DNA of 64,000 nt from the human T2T-CHM13v2.0 reference genome, Homo sapiens. The stretch lies in NCBI RefSeq assembly GCF_009914755.1, contig NC_060933.1; one strand, written 5' to 3'. The translations under genes were made by a program, and so were the position numbers. Each line of letters begins with the position of its first letter. Position 1 is the first letter of the stretch. Shown in pieces: positions 47,140-59,041 of the stretch. The notes below the pieces were generated by a model. That model was not told the origin of the DNA and did not search any database. It saw nothing but the letters and a program-made list of their open reading frames with translations.

Positions 47140-47550
47140 AGTATTATTAGGCCATTCTTGCATTGCTATGAAGAAATACCTGAGACTGGGTAATTTGTAA
47201 GGAAAAGAGATTTAATTGGCTCATAGCTCTGCAGGCTGTACGGGAAGCATGGTGACGGCATCTGCCTGGCGCCTGTGGAGTCTCCAGGGAGCTTTTACTC
47301 ATGATGGAAGGCCAAGAGGGAGTAGGTACTTCACATGGCCAGAGCAGGAGCAAGAGAGAATGGGAGTAGGGGTAAGTACCACACACCCTTACACAACCAG
47401 ATCTTGAAAGAATTCACTATCACAAGGACGGCATCAGGCCATGAGAGATCCACCCCCATGACCCAAACACCTCCTACCAGGCCTCACCTCCAACACTGAG
47501 GATTACATTTCACCATGAGATTTATAGGGGCCACCTTCCAAACCATTTCA
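47140..47550 (-). mobile_element. MaLR solo LTR (MSTA/B-type)
   Basis: AAGAAATACCTGAGACTGGGTAATTT...CAAACCATTTCA; 5-bp TSD CACAC. Confidence 0.87.
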
Positions 47551-47805
47551 CACACCATGGAATACTATGCAGCCATAAAAATTAACAAAATCATGTCCTT
47601 TGAAGCAACTTGGATGCAGCTGAAGGCCATTATCCTAAGTAAATTAATGCAGGAATACAAAATGAAATACCACGTGATCTCACCTATAAGTGGGAGCTAA
47701 ACACTGGGTACTCATGGACATAAAGATGGAAAGAATAAACACCGGGACTACTAGAGGGGAGAAGGAGGAAGGCAAGGTTTGACAAACTATTGGGTACTAT
47801 GCTCA

Positions 47806-48187
47806 TGTATTAATCTGTTCTCACACTGCTATATAGAACTACCTGAGGCTGGGTAATTTATAAAGAAAAGAGGTTTAACTGACTCACAGTTCCACAGGCT
47901 GTACAGGAAACATGGCTGGGAGGCTTCAGGAAACTTATAATCATGGCAGAAGGTGAAGGGGGAAGCAAGGCACGTTCTACCATGGTGGCAGGAGAGCAAG
48001 TGAGCCAGGGGGGATGTGCCATATGTTTAAACCATCAGATCTCATGAGAACTCACTTACCACCTAAGAACAGCAAGGGGGAAATCTGCCCTCATGAGCTA
48101 ATCACCTCCCACCAGGTCATTCCCCCTACTTTGGGAATTACAATTCAACATGAGATTTTTATGGGGACACAGAGTCAAACCATACCA
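47806..48187 (-). mobile_element. MaLR solo LTR (MSTA/THE1-type)
   Basis: TGTATTAATCTGTTCTCACACTGCT...GGGGACACAGAGTCAAACCATACCA. Confidence 0.87.
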
Positions 48188-49680
48188 AATCAGCATCTGG
48201 ATGATGGGATCATTCATACCCCAAAACTCAGCAATATGAGATATACCCATGTAACAAACTGGCACATGTACCCCTGAATGTAAAATACAAGTTAAAATTA
48301 TTTTCAAAATAAATTAATTAATGAATAAATAAATATGATTAAATGAAATTAAAATTTTGAATTAAAAAATTTGAGAGTGATTTCAGCTTGACAGTTATGT
48401 AAGTTATGTAAATTGAAACAGTGAGTTCTATAGGGTTTGGATCAATTGCATTATCTGTACTAAGTTGATGACCAGTTGTTTGGATGAAAAGAAAAGAGGT
48501 GAAACATATAGATCTAACAGGAAAAAAATGGACCAGTTTTTATGATAGCAAAAAGAAGAATGGAGGAAATAGGACTGAGGTTATAGTGATTGATAGATAT
48601 TAATAGACGACTAAGTCAAAAGCCATTGGCTGCAGAAAATATTGATTAATTTTGTTTTATTGCAGTCAGACAAAAAAAATCCTATAACCTGCCTCTAGAG
48701 AAAACCCTTTTAGCCCTATAATTATCTTTATTCCAAGCACCATTCCATTCATTAAGTAGTGTATAGGGTGATTAATAAGTGAATTATTCATAGAATTAAG
48801 ACAAAATTTTTGAGTATTACAGGATATTAATAGTATAGCCAATGAACTAAAATAAAATTTGACTAGAGGTATGATCACCATGAATGCCATGTTGGTCTCT
48901 TGTTAGATTTGGCAACCTAAAGTTGACAAATTTATTAATAAATAAACATTCCTTGATGATTAATTTACATTTAGTAGACCTGCTCTTTCTTCTTCCTTCC
49001 CTTTCTTATTCATTCATTCATTCATTCCTACAGAGCAGTGACTTTCATTCTAAGATTCCCAGAATCCTAAGGAATTCTTGAATGTCATCATAGGGAGCCA
49101 GGTGTGAGGATTCCTAAAAGTTGTACTTAATACTTGAAAAATCTCAAAAAGTTATATATTTACACCAGAAAAATCTATACAGGTTTTAAGTTATATGTAT
49201 ATAGTTGAATACTTTTTATTTCTATCCAGTACTAAGTCATTAGAGTTAATAATGTTGATTATTTCATACTGACCTAATGGGTAGCCTTTATATATCATTG
49301 ATTACTTATTAGTAAAATAAGAACCCCCCCAAAATTACAAAATACATATATTTTGTGGGTTTTTCTTAAGGCTTTTGAAACATAAAATCAGAGGAGGGGA
49401 TTAAAAGTAATCCTTGATTATTAGAAAGGCAGCGAACTACTAACTTAGAAAATTGTATGAAAACAGCAAGATATATACATGGCCCTCAGGCCAGCTGCCT
49501 GTTTTAATAAAGTTTTATTGGAGCACATCCATGGATCTATGGGGCTTTCCTGCTACAATGGTAGAGTTGAATGGTTGCTATAGAGACCGTATGGTTTGCA
49601 AAGCCTAAAATATTTTTCATCTGGTCCTTTATAGCAAAAGTGAACCCAGTTTTAGAACATTCACTTTACAAATTAAGATA

Positions 49681-50641
<961 letters not shown>

Positions 50642-52101
50642 TTTTTGCTAACCAAAAGTTTACTTTGATGAAGATGGAATTATAAATACAATAATTTAAG
50701 TTTAAATAATTAGAATGGTAATGGTTAATACAATTTAGTATGCCTAAAAATCACTTGAAAAGCTTACTAACAATGTAAATTCTTGTGCCTTAGGCCTGAG
50801 ATTTTGATTCAATAGGTCTAGCATGGGGCATAGGAATCTGTATTTTTAGGAATGATAAAGGAAAATTGCTTAAAATAGGGTAAATTATAACTTACAAATA
50901 TAAAATGAACACTTGTCTAAGATTTTTGTTTAACTCGTTTGTTTAATGAGGGAGCCAGTAAGATGTTATACTGAGTTTTATGGAAAATTAAAAGAGCCAC
51001 ACATATCTAGGCACTAAGGAACACTGAAATAAATTTGCTTGATAGGTTCAAAACTGAATTCTTGATGGAAGGTGGGAAAAGGAAAATTAATTATACTTCC
51101 ACCAAAATCAATCATTTGCCTGTCTATAAACATGAATATTTGCATTACTATCAGTAATCTACAACTAACAGAATTGCAAATAACAAAGAAAACAAAAGGC
51201 ACAGAGACCCCATAGAAACAGATAACTCAGGTTATTCTAGACAAGGCTGAGATTTCCATTAAAGACACTCAGTGGTAATTTCGTTGGTCCATCTTAAAAT
51301 CTTTCCATTTTCTCCTGAAACAAATTGCTCAAGCAATTCAAATACAATGAATGTGGTCAGTGGGTCACACCTGGAGAAATCATTTTCTAACCTGTAATCA
51401 AGACTGAATTACTCCCTTCACTGGAAAGAATAAAATATTACCACATAAATTCGTATTATGATAATGGCCCACTATGAATGCTTTGGTGTTCTTAATTTTC
51501 TTAAGATTTATTAATATTTCTGAAGTAACTACTAAATGCCAAGCAATATATTTTCTAATTTAATCTTTCATTGACTTTTACTTTCACTTCAATTGAGCTA
51601 CTCACTTTCATGGCTATAAACTTAACTTTTCAATCACTTAAAAATTGATTTCTAATGTTATAAACTTTAATGTTCCACTCTGTGACCTGCTCTTTCAGAC
51701 TCTTCCTTACTGCCAATTCACCTTCTCTTCTATCTCTTCCAGTGCCTCAGTATCTTGACTCTTCCATTTTCTTTTTTCTTTGCTTTTATTAAGTAGATAC
51801 ATGATAATTTCACATGTTGATGGGGTACAATGTGGTATTTTAATACATGACGCATTGTTAAAACCTCTCCTCCCTATCTTTCCCAGTCTGGCAACCACTC
51901 TTCTATATTAGATCAGTGTTTCTGGTAACCACTCTTCTACTCTTTATTAGATCAGTGTTTTTAGATTTCACATATAAATGAGATCATGTGATATTTGTCT
52001 TACCGTGGTTAGCTTATTTCACTTACCACAATGTCGTCTATGCTCATTCATGTTGTCACAAGTGACACGATTTTACCCTTTATTATGGCCAAATGTGCAT
52101 A

Positions 52102-52394
52102 TGATATAGTTTGGATATTTGTCCTGACCCATATCTCATGTTATATTGTAATCCCCACTGTTAGAGATGGGGCCTGGTAGGGGGTGTTTGGGTCATGGAG
52201 GTGGATCCCTCATGGCTTGGTGCTATCCTCATGATAGTGAACGAGTTCCCAAGCTTCCTGACTAGTCAAGCAGATGTTGGCATTATGCTCCCTGTACAGC
52301 CCATGGAACCAGGAGCCAATTATGTCTCTCTTCTTATAAATTATCCAATCTCAGGTATTTCTTTATTCTTGCAATGCAAGAATGACCAAATACA
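52102..52394 (+). mobile_element. MaLR solo LTR (MSTA-type), internally deleted
   Basis: TGATATAGTTTGG...CCAAATACA; exact 5-bp TSD GCATA. Confidence 0.87.
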
Positions 52395-54570
52395 GCATAT
52401 ATGCCACATTTTCTTTCTCCATTCATTCATTGATGGACACTTAGGTTGATTCTAGGCTATTGTGAATAGTGCTGTAATAAACATGAGAGTCCAGAAATCT
52501 CTTTGACATACTGATTTAATATTCTTTGAATATATACCCAGTAGTGGGATTGCTGGATTATGTGATAAGTCTATTTTTAATGTTTTTGGAAGTTATATTG
52601 TATTCCATAACAATTGCTCTAATTTACATTTCCACCAACAGTGTATGAACATTCCCCTTTCTTCACATCCTTGCCAGCATTTGTTATTTTTTGACTTTTT
52701 CATAACAAGCATTCTAAGCAGGGTGAGATGATATCTCACTGTGGATTTGGCTTGCATTTCTCTGATTATTAGTGATGGTGAGCATTTTTTCATATACCTG
52801 TTGGTGATTTTTTTGTCTTATTTGGAGAATGTCTATTCAGCTATCTTGACTATTTTCTAATCCAATTATTTGTATTTTTGCTATTGAGTTGTTTGAGTTT
52901 TCTATAAATTTGGGGTATTAACCCCTTATGAAGTGAATAGATTGCAGATATTTTCTCCCATTTTGTAGGTTGTCTCTTCACTCTCATGATTGTTTCCTAT
53001 GCAGTGCAGAAGTTTTTATTTGGTGTTATCCCATTTGTTTATTTTTGCTTTTGTTGTGCATGTCTTTTGATGTATTTTCTAAAAAGTCCTTGCCCAGACC
53101 AATGACATATAACATTTCACCTATGTTTTCTTCTACTAGTTTCATAGTTTGGGGTCTTACATTTAAATATTTAATTTATTTTGAGTTGATTTTTTTATAT
53201 GATGAGATATAGGGGTCTACTTTCATTCTTTTGTATGTGGATATGCACTTTTCCCAGCACCATTTGTTGAAAAGACTGTCTTTTCCCAATTGAATGTTTG
53301 CACCTTTGTCTAAAATAAGTTTCATGTAAATATGTGCATTTATGCCTGAGCTCTCTATTTTTGTTCCACTGGTCTACATGCCTGTTTTTATGCCAATACC
53401 ATGCTGTTTTAGTTAGGATAGCTTTGTAATATATTTTGAAATTAGATAGTGTAATACCTCTAGCATTGCTCTTTTTGCTTAAGATTTATTTGGCTATTTG
53501 GGGTGTTTTGTAGTTTCACATGGATTTTAAGATATTTTTTAATATCTGTGAAGAATGAAGTTGGAAATTTGATAGAGATTATATTGGATTTATAGATTGA
53601 TTTGAGTAGTATGGTCATTTCAACAATATTAATTCTTCTAGTCCATGAACATGGGATATCTTTCTATTTATTTTAATTTTTTAAATTGCTTTTATCAATG
53701 TTTAATAATTTTCATCTTTCTGTGGCTTAATTTACTTATAGGTATTTTGGTTTTTTATAGCTATTTTAAATGGGATTATTTTCTTGATTCCTTTTTCAGA
53801 TAGTCTGCTATTGTTGTAGAGATGTTACTGATTTTTTATGTAGCTTTTGTATCCTGAAACCTTATTGTATTCATTTACTATTTCTGATTCTCAGTGGTGT
53901 ATTTAGGGTTTTTTACATATATGATCATGTCGTCTGCAAAGAGGGACAATTTGACTTTTTTTTCCAATTTGGATGCCTTTTATTTCTTTCTCTTACATAA
54001 TTGTTATGACTAGGACTTCCAGTACTATGTTGAAAAAAGTGATTAAAGTGAACATCCTTGTCTTGTTCCAGATCCTAGAGGCAAAGCTTTCAAGTTTTCA
54101 CCATTCAGTATAATGTTGCCTGTGGGTTATCACATATGGTCTTTATTTTATTATGTTGTTTTATAACTAATTTGTTAAAAGGTTTGATCATAAAAGGATG
54201 TCTAATTTTGTCAGATGCTTTTTCTGCATCTATTGAAATGATTATATGCTTTTTATCCTTCTTTGTTTAATGCGATGTATCACATTTTATTGATTTACAT
54301 GTATTAGACTATCCTTACCTCCCCGGGTAAATACCACTTGATTATGGTGAATAATCTTTTTAATGTGCTTTTGAATTATCATTGCTAGAACTGCTGGTTT
54401 TGAATGTTTGCATCTATGTTTATCAATGATATTGGCCTGGAGTTTTCAAAGAGTTCCCTCCTTTTCATTTTTTTGAAATAGTTTGTAAATAATTTGTATA
54501 AGTTTTTAAAATGTTTTGTAGAATTTGTCAGCAAAAACCACCAAGTCATGAACTTTTCTTTCTTCCTCTA

Positions 54571-54845
54571 TTTTTTTAGAGACAGGGTCTCACTCTATCA
54601 CTGAGGCTGGCATACAGTGGTGCAGTCATAGCTGACTGCAGCCTCAAACTCCTGGTCTTAAGTGATCCTCCTGCCTCAGCCTCCTGAGTAAAAGTACATA
54701 CCACTATACCTGGGGAATTTTTATTTTTATTTTTAGAGATGCAGTCTCATTGTGTTGCCCAGGCTAATCTTGAACTCCTGGCCTCTAGTGATTCTCCTGC
54801 CTTGGGCTACTAAACTGTGAGATTACAGATGTGAGCTACTGTGTA
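54571..54845 (-). mobile_element. AluJ
   Basis: Degenerate antisense Alu. Confidence 0.85.
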
Positions 54846-57800
54846 AAGTCTTTTGGATTTTTCTTGACTGAGAGCCTAAATCACTCCTTCAATCTAATAA
54901 TTTTCATTGGTGTGTTCACATTTTCTACTTCTTCTTTCTTCAATTTTGATGGGTTATATGTGTCCAGAGCATACGTATTTCTTCTAAGTTTTTCAATTTA
55001 TTGACATATAATTGTTTGTAGTACTTACTCACGATTCCTTATATTTCTCTAGAGTCTATCATAATATATCCTTTTTCATCTCTGATTTTATGTGAATTTT
55101 CTCTTTTTTTCTTAGTCTGACAAAACATTTGTCAATTTTACCTTTTCAAAAAAGATTCCTTCATTTAATGACTCATTTGTATTTTTTGTCTTCATTTTGT
55201 ATATTTGTGCTCTGATCTTTATATTCTTTAGCTAATTTGGGTCTTAGTTTGTTCTTGATTTTATAGTTCCTTGAAATACATTGTTAGATGCTTTATTCAT
55301 TATCTTTCTTCTTTATTGATGTTGAAATGTATTGCTATAAACTTCCCTCTAAGAACTGTTTTGCTGTATTTCATAAGTTTTCATATGTTCTGATTTCATT
55401 TTTATTTGTCTTAAGACGTTTTAAAATTAAATTTTTTTCATTGACCCTTTGGTTGTTTAGGGTTATGTTGTTTAATTTGTATGTATTTGCACAATTTCTG
55501 AAGTTCCTCCTGTTGTTTATGTCTAGCTTTATTCCATATGGTCAAAAAAACAAGTGATATGATTTGATTTTTTGATTAGCTAAGACTTGTTTTGTGCTCT
55601 AACATATCTATCATGGACAATATTCCATATGCAGGTGAAAAGACAGTGAATTATGCAATTGTTGGATGAAATGTTATGTAAATAACTGTTAAATTCTTTT
55701 GATCTAGAGTGCAGTTTAAATGTTTCTTTGTTGACATTCTCTCTCAATGATCTGTTCATTGCTGAAAATGGGATGTCGAGGTTTCTTACTATTATTGTAC
55801 AGTTTTTGGTCTCTCCTTTTAGATCTATTAATGTTTGCTTTATATATTTAGGTTCTCCAATGTTGAGGGCATTATATATTTACAATTATTGTATTCTCTT
55901 GTTGTACTGACCCCTTTATTATTACATAATGGCCTTGTTTGTCTGTGTTTACAGTTTTTTTTACTTGAAGTCTATTTTATTTGATATAAATATAACTACT
56001 TCTGCATTCTTTTGATTTCCATTGTCATAAAATATATTTTTCCATCTGATCACTTTCAATTTATGTGTGTATTTACAGGTGATGGGAGTCTCTTGTAGAA
56101 AGAATATAGTTAGGTCTTGTTTTTAATCCATTTACCCATTCTCTGTCTTCTTACTGGATAATTTAATCTATGTACATTCAAGGTAATTATTGATAGATAA
56201 GGACTTGTACTGCCATATACTGTTTTCTTGTTGTCTTTTAGAATTTTTGTACCTTTTTGTCCCTTTGCTGTCTTCCTTTGTAGTTAAGTGATTTTCTCTG
56301 TGTGTTTTTGTTTCTTGTTCTTTTATTTTTAGTGTATCTAATAAAAATGTTTGCCTTTTGGTTACTATGAGGCATGCGAAGAATATTTTATAGTTTCAAT
56401 AGGTAATTTTGAATGGATAACAACTTAATTTTGATAATAAGAAATGGGGAAAAGCAATCACTCTGCTCTTTAACTCAATCACTCCCCCACATTTTGCATT
56501 TTTGATGTCTTAATTTACATCTTTTATATCACTTATCTCTTAACAAATTATTGTAGTTGTTATTATTTTTGTTTTGTATTTTAACCTTCTTACTAAAAAC
56601 ATGTAAGTGGTTTACATTCAATTATTACTATATTAGAGCATCCTGAATTTGTCTGAATATTTATTTTTACCTGCAGATTTATACCTTCCAATTTTTTGTA
56701 TTACAAATTAGTGCCCTCTTCTTTCAGTTTGAAGACTGTTCTTTAACATTTCTTTGGTATGATTTGGCATAATTTTTTCCCATTATTTTAAATTCTTTGT
56801 TGAATTTCTCATAAATTTCCATATTGTTTCTCTGTACTTTGTTGAAGTGCACAGATTTTTTTTTTTAAAAAAACAGCTATTTGAATTTTTTTGTCTGCCC
56901 CATCATTCATTTGCATGTCTTTAGGTTCAGTTGCTGACACCTTGTTTTCTCCATTTGGTGAGGCGGTTTTTCCTAGGCTATTCTTATTTTTTGTAGATGT
57001 ACATCTCTTTCTACACATTGATGAATTAAATATTTATTTCAATCTTCTCAGTCTGGGTTTGTTTTTGACTGTTTCTCAGTGGGCTTGTTTAGAAATTCTA
57101 TGTGGATTTCCATTATATTCCATTTTAGCATTAGGAGGTGCCCAAAGCAAAGGTTAGACATAAGTCTTGCAATAGGGCTTCACCACTGATACAATGTAAA
57201 TGGATGGGCCCATGGGTGATCCACAGAAAGGCTGCTGTCTGTTGGGGGAGAACAAGTCAGGCCATCAAATCTGGACAGTCTGTGTATCATGTTTCCCACA
57301 ATGTGGTGCCCATAAACAACCTGTCTGGTATAATGTTTCCTCTGGTAGGAATGGCTAGCCACTGCTAAGTTTCATATAGTAAGTATCGCTAACCCAATCC
57401 CTTCTCTATGTCCCTAGCATGCCTCTGGTGGTTCAGCTCTGTTGACACTCATGGTGCTGCTTGTGGGCTGATGCAGGAGTGAGTCTACTGTGAAGGCACT
57501 CAGTATGGTGGAAAAAATATTCAACTTCTGCTCACTTTATTCAGTGTAAGAACTGTGAGTTCAGGAGGACTTTGTGCATATAATACCTTTATGTCCAGGG
57601 GGAAAAGTATCACAGTCACAGAGTACTGTTTCCCTTACTGTCCAAGCATGGTTTTACTCCTCTTTGCAGTCCAAAGGGGCTTCATAGACTCACTCATGTA
57701 TTCAGGGTTCATTAGCTCTTGTAAAGGTAATTTCATATGTGGATAGTTGTTCATATAGATGTGTCCATAGGGGTATGATTACTGGAGAGATCGACTCCAC

Positions 57801-59041
57801 TACCTTGCTCTGCCCAAATCCTTCCCCTTTCCAACAAGAGTTTGCCATCTCCTAGTTTTCTTTTTTCTTAACCAAACTAAGTTTAGCCTTTTAATCCTTC
57901 ACCCTCCTCCACTTCTAATGCCATTGCTTCTCTGTATGCTTATTGTATTTTCCATGCTATATGACTTTCAGCTGGTTATTTACAGTATGTAAGTTTTAAT
58001 ATCCTGTAAAAGGGGGATAATAATAGCATCCGTTTGATAAAGATGTTAAAGATACTAAATGACACTGTCCATGTTAAATAACTTTTTGAGATATATTGAG
58101 ATGTTTCTGCACTTCCTTGTTCTGGCCTTCCTGTAGAACCAGAGGAATCTATTGCCATGAAAAGCAATAAAACTGTGATAGTAGAAATTAAAAGTGAGTA
58201 GGAACTTATTTAAAAATCATCATTCTCCTTTTCAACGCAAAAATAAGAACTAGAAACTTTTAATAAGCCAATAGTCTGGAGAAATAATTTATGGAAGATA
58301 ACATGGGTTTTTAATCTTAAAGGGTTCTTTTACATATTCAAGGGTCGAGATTGGCTGCCTTGAATCCTACTAAAATTTCAATGTAAGTTTTAGAGAGGGA
58401 GGAAAGAGTCAAAGAAAAAATTGCACTGGAAAAAGTTAAATAAGTAAGGAAGATATTATTCAGGCTATTGCAATACAGGAGAGAGGCCAGACCTAGTCTG
58501 AACTCAGCTCCCCTGATACAAAGGGCCGTGGAGTTTTTGAAAGTGAGGGTAAGGGGGCGATCATAGGCCACCTGTCTTTGCTAACTGTCTTTTCTCAAAG
58601 GAAAAATAAACTTTCTTTTATCTTTATGATATAAGGTAATTTTTACAACTTGGAGCAAGATTAGGCTCTTACTCTCTCATGGAGACTGGGAAATAAGGTA
58701 TTATCTTTCTGGAGGATTACATTTGAAAGGGATGGCTCCCAGATCCTTGAAAAAGGAAATTTTCTGCTTACAAGTTACACATGCCACTTCTACCTGCATT
58801 TCAGTGGCCAAACAGGTCACATATCTAAATCTGACCCTTCCTTCAATAGGACAGAAATGTATAATCTTCTAGGAGATAGGGTTACTGCAGTAGGAAGACC
58901 AGATAATGGGAGAATGATAATATAATCTACCACAATGACCACAGTGAAAACACTAGTAATCCTCAGGGTTAAACCAAGACTTCTTGGACACTTAGGTTGA
59001 TTCTAGGCTATTGTCAATAGTGGAATAGTAAAAAATAAATA

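Larger units (their letters stand above)
46745..48320 (+). mobile_element. L1PB/L1MA-type 3' end split by two MaLR LTRs
   Basis: CATCAGAGAAATGCAAATCAAAACC..GTGGGAGCTAAAC..CACATGTACCCCTGAA; L1 colinearity resumes after each LTR. Confidence 0.85.
51770..57810 (-). mobile_element. Long (~6 kb) degenerate L1MA-type element with a nested MaLR LTR and AluJ
   Basis: T-rich antisense L1 running from the 3'UTR through ORF2 (ORF 52593..52793 [14 protein letters not shown]) to ORF1/5'-like sequence. Confidence 0.85.
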
